Shown here piece by piece: positions 16,350-26,298 of a stretch of 50,680 nt of DNA. This stretch comes from Dehalococcoidia bacterium UBA2247. GTDB lineage: Bacteria; Chloroflexota; Dehalococcoidia; UBA2247. The stretch's first letter is position 1. Each line of letters starts with the position of its first letter. Made by a program: the position numbers and the translations under genes. Location: NCBI GenBank assembly GCA_002347295.1, contig DDXZ01000001.1, forward strand, positions 1-50,680, given 5' to 3'. The notes beneath the pieces are model-generated. The model saw only the letters and a list, made by a program, of their open reading frames with translations, did no database searches and was not told the DNA's origin.

Positions 16350-17132
16350 TCACTTCAGTTGAAAAAGACGGTTAACATTCTCTGTGGTTATTTGTTCTGC
16401 TTCAGTGAGAGGTATTTCCAGTATCTGTGCCATTCGCTTCAGAGTTAGAGCCACATATGATGGCTCATTGCGGCTGCCGCGGTATTGTTGCGGAGGGAGA
16501 AACGGACAATCGGTTTCCACGAAGATTCTATTCTGTGGAATACTGCGTATGATATCAGTCATATGGCAAGCGTTGGGATAAGTGATTGTTGCTGTGAACG
16601 ACAGATAGAATCCCATGGCAATATATCTTTGTGCTTCGCTAATATCTCCGCTGAAACAATGGATTACCCCCGGTGCCCGGCTCTCCGGGCGGCGTTGTTT
16701 TTGCCAGGTATCCAGTATGTTAATTACTTCGTTCTGTGCCTGTCGGGAGTGAATGATGACCGGAAGGTCCAGTTCCCCGGCTAAATCAAGTTGCTGCCGG
16801 AAGACACCTAGCTGTATTTCACGTGGTGACAGGTTGCGGTAGTAATCCAGTCCGATTTCGCCGATAGCAGCCACCTTATTATCCCGGGCCATTTTGCGTA
16901 AGGTAATTATATCTTCCCTGCCCACCCCGGCGGCATCGTGGGGATGGAATCCCACAGCAGGAATTATTGCACCATACTTCTTTGCCAGTTCTATTGAGAC
17001 CCGGCTTGATTTCAGGTCAATCCCTACGTTTATTATTTTCCCTACGCCGGATTCTATGGCACGAGCGATAACATAGTCACGGTCGGACCGGAAGGCATCC
17101 ATATCCAGGTGGGCATGAGAATCAATGATCAA
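16350..17132 (-). CDS. TatD-family metal-dependent hydrolase/DNase
   Basis: IIDSHAHLD..., GEIGLDY, IHSR, ETDCPFLPP. 260 aa. Overlaps the metG stop by 4 nt. Confidence 0.9.
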   Translation of the reverse strand: MIIDSHAHLDMDAFRSDRDYVIARAIESGVGKIINVGIDLKSSRVSIELAKKYGAIIPAVGFHPHDAAGVGREDIITLRKMARDNKVAAIGEIGLDYYRNLSPREIQLGVFRQQLDLAGELDLPVIIHSRQAQNEVINILDTWQKQRRPESRAPGVIHCFSGDISEAQRYIAMGFYLSFTATITYPNACHMTDIIRSIPQNRIFVETDCPFLPPQQYRGSRNEPSYVALTLKRMAQILEIPLTEAEQITTENVNRLFQLK

Positions 17133-18796
17133 TCTTCGCTGCGCAATCTTGCCATCTCCTGCTCAACAACTTCTTCTTCCAGCTTGTTAAAAAGCGGTGT
17201 GGGTGACGGCAGTTTTTGTCCGGCAGGTAGATGATGGATGCTCCAGCCGTCATCTTCGAGACGGCCTTCGCATCCCAGTAACTGATGCAGTTTCGCCGAA
17301 CTAAAGGGAATAAAGGGATATAGTATTGTTTTAAGGCAGGAGATAATGGAAAGAGCGACGTTTAATGTTGTTGCCGTAGTGGTCCGGTCGGTCTTGATAG
17401 TCTTCCAGGGGGACTTTTCTTCCAGGTAACGGTTCCCTTCCTGGGCCAGAGTCATAGCCAGACGTATTCCTTCCCGGAAATGACATTGGGCCAGGGCTTT
17501 ATCCACAATGGAAAGAGTGTTTTCTGCCAGAGAGAGTAGTGCCTTGTCCCGTTCATCCTGTTCCCCGGCGGGAGGGACACTATTGTCAAAGTTGCGGCAG
17601 GTTATGGCGAGGACACGGTGTACCAGGTTGCCGTAAGTTGCCACCAGTTCATTATTGTTACGGCGGAGCCATTCCGACCACGAGAAATCAGCATCTCCCG
17701 TTTCCGGCATATTTGCGGAAAGCATATAACGCAGCGGATCGGCGGCGTAGCGTTCCAGATAATCCGGCAGCCAGACCGCCCAGTGACGGCTGGTGGAAAA
17801 CTTTTTCCCTTCCAGAGTGAGAAATTCGTTGGCCGGGACGTCAAAAGGTAGATTTAATCCTCCATATCCCATTAACATGGCCGGCCAGATGATAGCATGG
17901 AAGGGGATATTGTCTTTGCCGATAAAGTAATATGTTTTACCATCTCCCTGCCAGAAGGGACGCCAGGCATCCTCTTTGCCCTGTAGCTGTGCCCATTCCA
18001 TACTGGCGGAGAGATAGCCGATAACTGCCTCAAACCAGACATAGATACGCTTATTTTCAAATCCGGGTAAGGGTATGGGAATACCCCATTCCATATCACG
18101 GGTAATAGCGCGGTCTTTCAAGCCACTTTTGAGATAGTTAGTGACGAAATTCAAGACGTCCGGCCGCCAGTGAGTTTGCTGCTTTACCCAGGCGAGCAGT
18201 TTATTTTCAAAGGCACTGAGGCGGAGAAAGAAATGTTCTGATTCCCGTGCTTCCGGGGTAGTCTGGCATAATTTACAGCGTGGGTTGATTAAATCAAGAG
18301 GATTGAGCGGTTTCCCGCAAATATCACACTGGTCGCCGCGTGCTCCTTCATAACCACAGTGGGGACATTTTCCTTCGACATAACGGTCAGGAAGATAACG
18401 TTGACAGTGTGGACAGTAGAGCAAATTCATACTGTCTTTATAGATGTAATCTTTTTTCAATAGTGTGAGAAAAATATCCTGAGTAACCTTAATATGATTT
18501 TCTGTTTCAGTATTAGTATAGAGGTCGAAACTGATGCCCATACGTTCCCAGCAGTCATAGAATTGCTGGTGATAGCGGTTAGCTATTTCCCGGGGTGAGA
18601 CTCCTTCTTGTTCGGCATGTATTGTAATCGGTGTCCCGTGCATGTCGGAACCGGAAACCATGAGAACTTCATTTCCCTTTAGACGGTGATAGCGGGCGAA
18701 AATATCCGCGGGCAGATATGCCCCGGCAATGTGACCTAAATGCAGCGGGCCGTTGGCATAAGGCCAGGCTACTCCAATTAATATATGTTCACTCAA
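17129..18796 (-). CDS. metG: Methionine--tRNA ligase
   Basis: Class I HIGH motif (PYANGPLHLGH), zinc knuckles (CPHC...CDIC) and a KMSKS-like KFSTS motif. 555 aa. Confidence 0.95.
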   Translation of the reverse strand: MSEHILIGVAWPYANGPLHLGHIAGAYLPADIFARYHRLKGNEVLMVSGSDMHGTPITIHAEQEGVSPREIANRYHQQFYDCWERMGISFDLYTNTETENHIKVTQDIFLTLLKKDYIYKDSMNLLYCPHCQRYLPDRYVEGKCPHCGYEGARGDQCDICGKPLNPLDLINPRCKLCQTTPEARESEHFFLRLSAFENKLLAWVKQQTHWRPDVLNFVTNYLKSGLKDRAITRDMEWGIPIPLPGFENKRIYVWFEAVIGYLSASMEWAQLQGKEDAWRPFWQGDGKTYYFIGKDNIPFHAIIWPAMLMGYGGLNLPFDVPANEFLTLEGKKFSTSRHWAVWLPDYLERYAADPLRYMLSANMPETGDADFSWSEWLRRNNNELVATYGNLVHRVLAITCRNFDNSVPPAGEQDERDKALLSLAENTLSIVDKALAQCHFREGIRLAMTLAQEGNRYLEEKSPWKTIKTDRTTTATTLNVALSIISCLKTILYPFIPFSSAKLHQLLGCEGRLEDDGWSIHHLPAGQKLPSPTPLFNKLEEEVVEQEMARLRSED

Positions 18797-18987
18797 AGTT
18801 TATCCTCCCTGAATTAGGCTTATTCTAGCATAATCAGTACTTGATTTTCATTAACAGAAGATGTTCAATCGTACGAAAATTAAGAAGCAATTGAATTTAA
18901 TTGCTAAATGCCGTATGATGCGTGCCAATATATTAAAATAGAGTGCTTCGTCCATTTTTAAAAACATATAAATTAAAAGGAGGGTCA

Positions 18988-19590
18988 ATGGAAAGTAAAA
19001 TCAGCGAGGTAATAGCGAAGATAAAGGATACCACGGCTAATCCATCCCCACTAGGACTGATGGGGTTTGGTATGACTACAGTCTTGCTGAATCTACACAA
19101 TGCCGGTCTTTTTGGATTAAACACAATGATACTTTCTATGGGTCTATTTTACGGAGGGATGGCCCAGATAATTGCCGGTATTCAAGAGTGGAAGAAAAAC
19201 AATACATTTGGAGCAACGGCATTTACATCTTATGGCCTCTTCTGGCTGTCACTGGTTTTCTTATTAGTATTTCCCAAAGTAGGATGGGGAGATGCGGCTA
19301 ATTCTACCGCAATGGCGTCATATTTTATCATGTGGGGTATATTCACCGGTGTCATGTTTGTCGGTACATTACGACTGAATAAGGCACTACAGTTTGTATT
19401 TGCCTCACTAACGATTTTGTTCTTTTTGCTTGCTATCGGAGACCTTAGCGGTGTAACGACAATTACCAGAATTGCCGGTTTTGAGGGAATAATTTGTGGT
19501 CTATCAGCAATATATGCTGCTCTGGCGCAGGTACTTAATGAAGTATATGGTAAAGTGGTCTGGCCAATAGGTCCAGTTGCTAAAAAATAG
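18988..19590 (+). CDS. satP: GPR1/FUN34/YaaH-family acetate/succinate channel
   Basis: [14 protein letters not shown] signature and six predicted TM segments. AAGGAGGG RBS before the ATG at 18988; the track ORF starts 45 nt earlier. Confidence 0.8.
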   Translation: MESKISEVIAKIKDTTANPSPLGLMGFGMTTVLLNLHNAGLFGLNTMILSMGLFYGGMAQIIAGIQEWKKNNTFGATAFTSYGLFWLSLVFLLVFPKVGWGDAANSTAMASYFIMWGIFTGVMFVGTLRLNKALQFVFASLTILFFLLAIGDLSGVTTITRIAGFEGIICGLSAIYAALAQVLNEVYGKVVWPIGPVAKK

Positions 19591-19615
19591 AAATTAAGTT
19601 TTGTTATTGGTATGT

Positions 19616-19656
19616 CAGGGACAGTATTAATCATTAAATACTGTCCCTGGTTTTTG
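19616..19656. terminator. Bidirectional intrinsic terminator between convergent genes
   Basis: 13-bp perfect stem cagggacagtatt / aatactgtccctg, followed by gtttttg. Confidence 0.7.
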
Positions 19657-20475
19657 TTATAAGGATAACCACAATCGGTATAGTTCTTTACGTGGTAAAC
19701 CGGTTATTTCTGCCAGTTGCCGAGTTGCTTCACGGGCCGGAATACCTTTCTGACGCAGGTGGCGGAGTTCGGTGAGTAGCTTGTCTGTTTCGATCTCTGT
19801 GGTTCCGGTATTACCTTCGATTACCAGGGTAAATTCTCCGCGCGGTTCCGTAAAATGTTCCTGGGCCTGTTCTACTTTGCCACGGAAGACCTCTTCATGT
19901 ATCTTGGTCATTTCACGGCATATTGCTACTCTGCGATTGCCCAGTATATCCCGGATATCCTGTAATGCTGCCTGTACGCGGTGAGGCACTTCAAAGATAA
20001 CCAGTGTTCTTTTTTCTCCGGAAATAGATTTCAGCAAGTTTCTCCGTTCTCCTTTTTGACGCGGGAGAAAGCCAATAAAAGTAAATTGTTGCAGCGGTAA
20101 GCCGGAAGCCATCACTGCGGCTATCGGTGCGGCTACTCCCGGTACAGGAACTACTTTTATATCCTGTTCTATTGCCGCGGCAATCAATTTATAACCCGGG
20201 TCGCTCATGCCTGGTGTCCCGGCATCTGATACCAGGGCAATGTCTTTTTCCTGTAATGTTTGCAGGAGATAGTCCAGCTTCTTCTCTTTGTTACGTTCGT
20301 GGTAACTGGTTAAGGGAGTTTTAATATTGTAATGCCGAAGCAGTATGTTGGTGGTGCGGGTGTCTTCAGCCGCAATCAGGCCTACCTCTTTTAAAACGCG
20401 CAGTGCGCGCAGGGTAATATCTTCCAGATTACCAATTGGTGTCGCAACGATATAAAGTGCTGGCATTATTCCCAT
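19657..20475 (-). CDS. rsmI: 16S rRNA (cytidine1402-2'-O)-methyltransferase
   Basis: LYIVATPIGNLEDITLRALRVL...AEDTR and SDAGTPGMSDPG motifs. 272 aa. Confidence 0.9.
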   Translation of the reverse strand: MGIMPALYIVATPIGNLEDITLRALRVLKEVGLIAAEDTRTTNILLRHYNIKTPLTSYHERNKEKKLDYLLQTLQEKDIALVSDAGTPGMSDPGYKLIAAAIEQDIKVVPVPGVAAPIAAVMASGLPLQQFTFIGFLPRQKGERRNLLKSISGEKRTLVIFEVPHRVQAALQDIRDILGNRRVAICREMTKIHEEVFRGKVEQAQEHFTEPRGEFTLVIEGNTGTTEIETDKLLTELRHLRQKGIPAREATRQLAEITGLPRKELYRLWLSL

Positions 20476-20589
20476 GATAACTTAGCTTATTAGTAATGAC
20501 AAGAGTACCATTAGTCATTGATATTATTTTTTATCTCCGCAGTATATGTGTATAGACGCTTATTATGTCAGAGTTGTATAATACTGACT

Positions 20590-21603
20590 ATACCTCAAAT
20601 TAATATCTACCGGGGATAGTGCAAAAAGTGTGAAATCTGTGTCGCTTTTTTGTCCGAAGAAAGCGATTGAGACTAGTAAATCCTCTTATCCTGTTGTGCG
20701 TGATGCGACGAAATGTAACGGGTGTGGTTTATGTGAAATGCGCTGTCCTGATTTTGCCATAGTGGTACAGGGAAAGAAGCAAGCCGATGAGTAGAGTAGT
20801 TAAACCCGGGCAGAGACGTATTCTGATGCAGGGTAACGAAGCCTGTGTCCGGGGCGCACTGGCAGCGGGGTGCCGCTTCTATGCCGGTTATCCCATTACT
20901 CCTGCTACGGAAATAATGGAACTCTTTGCCCGGGAACTGCCCCGGATTGACGGTGTCTTTATCCAGATGGAAGATGAACTTGCCAGCATGGGTGCGGTTA
21001 TTGGTGCCTCACTGGCAGGGAAGAAGAGCATGAGTGCAACCAGTGGCCCGATTTTTCTCTGATGCAGGAACATATCGGTTTCGCCTGTATGGTGGAAGTA
21101 CCCTGTGTTATTGTTGATGTCATGCGCGCTGGTTCCAGCACCGGTCTGTCCACCCAGCCCTCTCAGGGGGATATTATGCAGGCACGCTGGGGAACGCATG
21201 GTGATCATCCTATTATTGCTCTGGCACCCTTCTCGGTGACAGAGTGTTTTATCCTGACACTACAGGCGTTCAATCTGGCCGAAAAATACCGTACCCCCGG
21301 TGATTGTTCTGGTAGATGAAATGATTGCCCACATGCGGGAAAGTGCCGCGCTGCCCCCGGTGGAATCCCTTGTTATTGAAACTAGACATAAACCAACCAT
21401 GCCTCCGGAATGGTATATTCCTTATAGTGATCCAGGGACAGGTGTCCCGCCGATGTCCGAGTTTGGCTCAGGCTATCGCTAAAAGATTTTCCCCCGAGGG
21501 GGTAAAGATTAACCTTGCTGCTTTTGACGAAGCGCTGAAATTTGCCCGGAAATTGAAAACCACGACTATTACCAGAGTTGTGGAAGACAGCTTCAGCATC
21601 TAA
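20590..21603 (+). pseudogene. Relic 2-oxoacid:ferredoxin oxidoreductase operon (delta, alpha fragments and a gamma tail; beta missing)
   Basis: Delta remnant: the CKKCEICVAF(CP) motif is preceded by TAG (20617-20619) and shifted out of frame by a T6 run (20646-20651) from ...CPKKAIE...CNGCGLCEMRCPDFA. Alpha is in three frames (20787-21062, 21062-21319, 21300-21482), with a shift at the C5 run 21294-21298. After ...FGSGYR the sequence jumps to a gamma-like C-terminus (AKRFSPEGVKINLAAFDEALKFA). Confidence 0.75.
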
Positions 21604-21747
21604 CCGTAGTGCTTCAAGCTACTCGTGGTGGATTTGTGAAATTATTATGTTAGTGATACTGCAAGAGTTAGCCAACAATTAGTGTTAGACTTTTTCTTTT
21701 CGTTTGCTCCACTTTCGGGCAGAGAGTATACTTTACAGAGAAATAAT

Positions 21748-22413
21748 ATGTCCAGCATCGTAGAAAACATTAAAATACTGCAGGCAGAACTTCCGTCATG
21801 GGTCACCCTGGTCGTCGTGGTAAAACAGCGCACACTTGCTGAAATCCGGCAGGCTCTTGATGCAGGGATAAGTGTTATTGGAGAAAACTATGTCCAGGAG
21901 GCACTGACAGTTAGTGAATTTGTTCGGGGTCGGGCAGAGATGCATTTTATCGGACATCTGCAAAAGAATAAAGTGCGGCAGGCAGTAAAATTGTTCGACA
22001 TGATTGAAACGGTAGATTCTTTACCGCTGGCACAGGAAATCAGCCGCCGCTGTAGCGAAGCAGGGAAAATAATGCCTGTTCTTATTGAAATAAATAGTGC
22101 GCGGGAGGAACAAAAGAGCGGGATTTTCCCGGAACAGGCAGAGGAGCTGGTGAGAAATATATCTTGCCTGAACGGTATAAAAATTGTGGGTTTGATGACC
22201 ATGGGACCGTATTCGGCTGACCCGGAAGATTTGCGGCCGGCCTTTATTACTACCGGTAAGTTATTTCAGCGACTTAAAGCGCTTAATATTCCTGGTACGG
22301 AGATGAAGTATCTCTCTATGGGCATGAGTAGCTCTTATCGTATTGCTATTGAAGAGGGAGCAAATATGGTACGAATCGGAACAAAGATATTCGGTGAGAG
22401 GACGGAAGATTAA
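21748..22413 (+). CDS. yggS: YggS-family pyridoxal-phosphate homeostasis protein
   Basis: LVVVVKQRT...GENYVQE, HFIGHLQKNK and MGMSSSYRIAIEEGANMVRIGTKIFG. Start taken at MSSIVENI (21748). Confidence 0.85.
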   Translation: MSSIVENIKILQAELPSWVTLVVVVKQRTLAEIRQALDAGISVIGENYVQEALTVSEFVRGRAEMHFIGHLQKNKVRQAVKLFDMIETVDSLPLAQEISRRCSEAGKIMPVLIEINSAREEQKSGIFPEQAEELVRNISCLNGIKIVGLMTMGPYSADPEDLRPAFITTGKLFQRLKALNIPGTEMKYLSMGMSSSYRIAIEEGANMVRIGTKIFGERTED

Positions 22414-22414
22414 C

Positions 22415-22891
22415 TTATCTTTCCAGGTTATCAATTCTCTTTTTCATTCTCTGCCAGTGTGTTCCCCGCCAGTATATCCGGTGACAACCGGGACAAAGCA
22501 TGTATTGTTCCTGAGTCCGAAAGATATAGGGAGGGACGATTCCCTTTACTTCCTCCTTACTTTTTGGTTCCAGTAAAGTATTACATTCCATACAGCGGGT
22601 AAACTGCCGGGTATAACATTCCAGTCCCAATTCTTTCATTACCTGCTCCAGTTGCTCTTTTGTCCGGTCGCTCCGGATTAAAACAGCTTTTACCTCATGG
22701 TTGGTAATGACACGGCGTTGCAGAATCTGGGTGTCCCGGGTGAGTAATACACGTCCCTCTTTGTGAGCAATTTTCACCAGTTCTCCGTCATCTGTGCCTT
22801 GGAGCAAAATAGCATCATATCCAATCATGCGCAACCATTTTGCTAATTGGCCGACATTTTCATCAACAATGAATTTCACAGGAACTACCAT
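22415..22891 (-). CDS. Mut7-C RNase domain (PIN-like plus C-terminal zinc ribbon, DUF82) protein
   Basis: FIVDENVGQLAKWLRMIGYD..., then CMECN...CPGCHRIYWRGTHW. Confidence 0.75.
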   Translation of the reverse strand: MVVPVKFIVDENVGQLAKWLRMIGYDAILLQGTDDGELVKIAHKEGRVLLTRDTQILQRRVITNHEVKAVLIRSDRTKEQLEQVMKELGLECYTRQFTRCMECNTLLEPKSKEEVKGIVPPYIFRTQEQYMLCPGCHRIYWRGTHWQRMKKRIDNLER

Positions 22892-22957
22892 TTATCCGGA
22901 TAGACAGTCTATATTCCCTGTTTCGGTATTTATTTCATCTTCAGGCCGATATCTTGC

Positions 22958-23974
22958 CTAAAGCCAGCCTCGTTTGCGGACAAAGCGGATGAGTATCACA
23001 AATAATAACACCATAGCCCCAACAAGAACAGGAAATCCCCATTTACTATGGCCCAGTGGCAAAGGAACATTCATGCCATATATTGAAGGGATAATAAGCA
23101 TAGGGCTTACTACCGCTGCCACAATGGCCATAATCCGCATTATTTCCTGAAGATGGTGGGAAGTGAGCCAGTTATTGATATCGCTGATAGTATTGATATC
23201 TTCCCGGTATTCCTCCAGTAAGTCCCAGATTTTATTTAAATGGTCACCGATATTACCAAAGTAAATATCGAGGTCTTCATCAGTATTTTGAGGGAGAAAT
23301 TCCCACCTCTTATGTTCCAGCGAATTAAGTATTTTTATCTGGGGGCGGATAATACGCCGGAAGGCGGTAATATTACGTCTTATCAGTAAAGTCTTTTCTA
23401 CATTTTTTATACTGGTTTCTACCAGGGCTCTATCCTCGGCTTCATCGAGGTTTTCCCCAATTTTATCCAGTATGGGATAACAGTAGTCTACCAGTTCATC
23501 AATGATATAGTAAAGGAGATAACCGGCGCCACGTTTCATATTTTCATAGCATAAACTACGGTCAATGGAACATTCCCGGAATAATCTGGTCATCGGTTTC
23601 AGTTCGCCGGAATGAATGGTAACAAGATAATCTCTCCCCACGAAGATACATACCTGGCTGGGCAACATAGCACGTGTGTCTTTATGAAATCTGGGGAAGT
23701 GAAGCAGGATAAAGACGTACTCATCGTACTCATCTATTTTAGGTCGCTGAATGCGGCTCAAACAGTCTTCCAGATCCAGAGGATGGAATTTATACTGCTC
23801 TTGCAGATAGTTCATCTCTTTAGTGGTAGGACGTTCGATATTAAGCCACGTCAAACCACTTTGCTGGATAGTTTGTATCCGCAATTCACTGCCAAACATA
23901 TTAATCTGAGGATCCATTTCTGGTACTGTCATATTTCTCTTAAAATAATAATGCTTATTGCGTGCTGTTACCAC
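22958..23974 (-). CDS. corA: CorA-family magnesium/cobalt transporter
   Basis: C-terminal YGMNV motif between two TM helices. 338 aa; the start is uncertain and a later Met is possible. Confidence 0.85.
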   Translation of the reverse strand: MVTARNKHYYFKRNMTVPEMDPQINMFGSELRIQTIQQSGLTWLNIERPTTKEMNYLQEQYKFHPLDLEDCLSRIQRPKIDEYDEYVFILLHFPRFHKDTRAMLPSQVCIFVGRDYLVTIHSGELKPMTRLFRECSIDRSLCYENMKRGAGYLLYYIIDELVDYCYPILDKIGENLDEAEDRALVETSIKNVEKTLLIRRNITAFRRIIRPQIKILNSLEHKRWEFLPQNTDEDLDIYFGNIGDHLNKIWDLLEEYREDINTISDINNWLTSHHLQEIMRIMAIVAAVVSPMLIIPSIYGMNVPLPLGHSKWGFPVLVGAMVLLFVILIRFVRKRGWL

Positions 23975-23994
23975 CTCCCCTTAGGGAGAGAGAA

Positions 23995-24654
23995 TTAACT
24001 TTCTGTAATAGTTATCCGGATTATTTTATCTCCGGTAAACTGAGGATTCTCTGTCGGGTCACGGGGAGTAAGTGACTCAAGAACATCCATACCGGAAATC
24101 AACTGACCGAAAACACTATAACCACCATCGAGCCAGGGAGTAGCGGCATAAGTAATAAAAAACTGGCTGCCGTTGGTATCAGGGCCGGCGTTAGCCATAG
24201 AGAGTGTACCGGCTAAATGCTTATGCTCACTAATTTCGTTATCAATATAATAACCGGGACCACCCATACCGGTTCCGGTGGGGTCACCGCCCTGTGCCAT
24301 AAAACCCGGGATAACGCGGTGGAAGGTGACACCATCATAGAATCCTTCCCGGGCAAGAAAGACAAAGTTATTGACGGTAACCGGAGCATCCTGCGCAAAA
24401 AGCCCCAGCACAATATTTCCTTTTTCCGTTTCAATAGTTGCGGTATATATTTTGCTGGTATTGATAACCATTTCCGGTGGTTTGCTATAAGTTTTAATTG
24501 TCATTGTTGCTGTCGCTGCAGGTGTTATTGTTGCTGTCGCTGTGGACACCGGGGCTTGTGTCTCTTGACTACAACCGTATAGTGGTACCAGTAATACTAT
24601 GAGAACGAATAAAACACGGAGTAAAAAAGAAACTTTTATCATCGGGTAGAACAA
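23995..24654 (-). CDS. Cyclophilin-type peptidyl-prolyl cis-trans isomerase, lipoprotein/secreted
   Basis: [15 protein letters not shown] and GSQFFIT. N-terminal signal with LYGC lipobox. Confidence 0.9.
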   Translation of the reverse strand: MFYPMIKVSFLLRVLFVLIVLLVPLYGCSQETQAPVSTATATITPAATATMTIKTYSKPPEMVINTSKIYTATIETEKGNIVLGLFAQDAPVTVNNFVFLAREGFYDGVTFHRVIPGFMAQGGDPTGTGMGGPGYYIDNEISEHKHLAGTLSMANAGPDTNGSQFFITYAATPWLDGGYSVFGQLISGMDVLESLTPRDPTENPQFTGDKIIRITITES

Positions 24655-25077
24655 TCCTCATCACATAAAGATAACAGGCACCACCGACGTATAATAAAAA
24701 CATGGAACAACGGAAAGTTAAGATATTTCTCGCGGTGATGCTATGTATGAAGGAGAAGACCTCCTGCCTCTTAAATTCAATAGGCATAACATACCCTACC
24801 AGCACAGGAAACAGCAATTTCCCCACTGGCACAGGTTTTCTGGTTTACGGACTTTCTTTTTACCATATCAGACGGAAAGTTCTTGATAGTCCCTCCGGCT
24901 CGACACTTAACAAAAGAGACCTATAACAAAACCCTCCGTCTATTTCTGTATATGGTATGTAACAAAATACTCTACAGACTGTCTACCAAATAGGAAGAAG
25001 CACAGCTCTCCCCCGCTACATCCGTAAAACCAGATAACTCACCTCTCCTTTAAGAGGCGCAGGTCAGTCTCTTTTAA

Positions 25078-25218
25078 TTAGGCCTTACCAATACGAAAAA
25101 CTTTGGTTCCGCATTTGGCGCAGGTACCCTGGGTTGCCGGGCGTCCATTTTTCATTGTGATTGACTTGGGATTTTTGACATCTACCTTAGCTCTGCATTT
25201 TACACAATAGGCCTGCAT
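25078..25218 (-). CDS. Small zinc-ribbon protein (DUF5679-like), 46 aa, absent from the ORF track
   Basis: My translation: MQAYCVKCRAKVDVKNPKSITMKNGRPATQGTCAKCGTKVFRIGKA. AAGGAGGAGAAA lies directly upstream of the ATG. It has two CxxC pairs. Confidence 0.6.
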   Translation of the reverse strand: MQAYCVKCRAKVDVKNPKSITMKNGRPATQGTCAKCGTKVFRIGKA

Positions 25219-25386
25219 TTTCTCCTCCTTCACGGTGACGCTGTATTATGCGTTCACCTACATTTGTGCAGAGACTATCATCTTAAAATCCATTTGTCAA
25301 TAGGAATAAAGTATGCTCAAGGTCTTTTTCACTTGCATATCGTGGTAAAATTATCTTTTCACGTGGAGAGATAAGGAGATATTTAC

Positions 25387-25416
25387 TTGACACTCTTCTT
25401 AAGCTACGCTTATAAT
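25387..25416 (+). promoter_or_regulatory. Sigma-70-type promoter of the tRNA array
   Basis: Consensus TTGACA (25387-25392), an 18-nt spacer and consensus TATAAT (25411-25416). tRNA-Ala begins 18 nt downstream. Confidence 0.6.
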
Positions 25417-25433
25417 TTCCCTTGTCTCTTAGC

Positions 25434-25506
25434 GGGGATATAGCTCAGTTGGGAGAGCGCTGCATTCGCATTGCAGAGGTCGGGGGTTCGACTCCCCCTA
25501 TCTCCA
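25434..25506 (+). tRNA. tRNA-Ala (anticodon CGC)
   Basis: Cloverleaf folded by hand. Acceptor GGGGATA/TATCTCC contains the G3:U70 alanine identity pair. Anticodon loop TTCGCAT, T-loop GGTTCGACT. CCA not encoded. Confidence 0.92.
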
Positions 25507-25541
25507 GTTAAAAATTGAACAGGAGGGTGATTAGGATTCAT

Positions 25542-25615
25542 GCCCCTGTAGCTCAGAAGGATAGAGCAGCGGTTTCCTAAACCGCGAGTCGGGCGTTCGA
25601 ATCGCCCCAGGGGTA
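25542..25615 (+). tRNA. tRNA-Arg (anticodon CCU)
   Basis: Acceptor GCCCCTG/CAGGGGT, anticodon stem GCGGT/ACCGC, loop TTCCTAA, T-arm GGGCG-TTCGAAT-CGCCC. CCA not encoded. Confidence 0.9.
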
Positions 25616-25659
25616 CTGTGAGCGGACAGCCCGAGGTTCTCCCTGGGGTGTAATGAGTT

Positions 25660-25736
25660 AGGAGTGTAGCTCAGATTGGTAGAGCAGCGGTCTCCAAAAC
25701 CGCCGGTCGCGGGTTCGAATCCTGCCACTCCTGCCA
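25660..25736 (+). tRNA. tRNA-Trp (anticodon CCA)
   Basis: Acceptor AGGAGTG/CACTCCT, anticodon loop CTCCAAA, T-loop TTCGAAT. 3' CCA encoded (25734-25736). Confidence 0.9.
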
Positions 25737-25784
25737 GTTTTGTACTGGCAGAACAGGGGAGAAAAGATTAAACTCCGGATATGG

Positions 25785-25871
25785 GCCGAGGTGGTGGAAT
25801 AGGCAGACACGCTGTCTTGAGGGGGCAGTGAGCGAAAGCTTGTAGGAGTTCAAATCTCCTCCTCGGCACCA
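25785..25871 (+). tRNA. tRNA-Leu (anticodon GAG)
   Basis: Acceptor GCCGAGG/CCTCGGC, anticodon stem CTGTC/GGCAG, loop TTGAGGG, long variable arm, T-arm AGGAG-TTCAAAT-CTCCT. CCA encoded. Confidence 0.9.
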
Positions 25872-25890
25872 ATATAGGCAAGTGTAACGG

Positions 25891-25965
25891 GCGGAAGTAG
25901 TTCAGTGGTAGAATGTCTCCTTGCCAAGGAGAAGGTCGCGAGTTCGAATCTCGTCTTCCGCTCCA
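25891..25965 (+). tRNA. tRNA-Gly (anticodon GCC)
   Basis: Acceptor GCGGAAG/CTTCCGC, anticodon loop TTGCCAA, T-arm GCGAG-TTCGAAT-CTCGT. CCA encoded. Confidence 0.92.
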
Positions 25966-26081
25966 ATTAATTATAAAAACCATTTATTCCCACTCATGTT
26001 ATCATTGCGCGGATAGCCTGTCCCGTACTTGATACGGGATGGCAATCTGATGGAGGTGAAATATAAGGTAGTCGGTAGTAT

Positions 26082-26154
26082 GGCGATGTGGCCAAGAGGT
26101 TAAGGCGGGGGTCTGCAAAACCCCTATTCGGCGGTTCGAATCCGCCCGTCGCCT
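26082..26154 (+). tRNA. tRNA-Cys (anticodon GCA)
   Basis: Acceptor GGCGATG/CGTCGCC, anticodon stem GGGGT/ACCCC, loop CTGCAAA, T-arm GGCGG-TTCGAAT-CCGCC. CCA not encoded. Confidence 0.9.
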
Positions 26155-26160
26155 TTTATT

Positions 26161-26298
26161 TTAATAATCAAATCTCAAACACCAATAACCAAACAATCAC
26201 CAATAAACCAAATCTCCAACTAGGTGTTTGACTGTTGGTCATTGAATATTGTAATTTGTTTAGTGCTTGGGAATTGGTACTTGGTCATTTAACCACCG
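26161..26298. repeat. A+C-arm / G+T-arm imperfect palindrome (family copy 2), between tRNA-Cys and tRNA-Leu
   Basis: Left arm aatcaaatctcaaacaccaataaccaaacaatcaccaataaaccaaatctccaac, right arm gtttgactgttggtcattgaatattgtaatttgtttagtgcttgggaattggtacttggtcattt. The reverse complement of 26248-26270 (ccaagcactaaacaaattacaat) matches 2943-2968, apart from one substitution and a 3-nt indel. Confidence 0.6.

Noticed and set aside
24655-25077. RNase P RNA (or another housekeeping ncRNA) in the 420-nt gene-free gap; the minus strand contains AAGAAAGTCCGTAAACC, reminiscent of the GAGGAAAGUCCGG P4 strand
   Set aside because: The complementary P4 3' strand (ACAGAA.CCGGCUUA) is not present downstream. 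An ACAGAAATAGACGG-like string lies upstream, in the wrong order. Other universally conserved RNase P segments are missing. I cannot assign any function to this gap.
25531-25983. Three minus-strand ORFs (60-71 aa) across the tRNA array
   Set aside because: They are antisense to hand-folded tRNA-Arg, Trp, Leu and Gly genes. They are typical spurious ORFs caused by structured GC-rich tRNA sequence.
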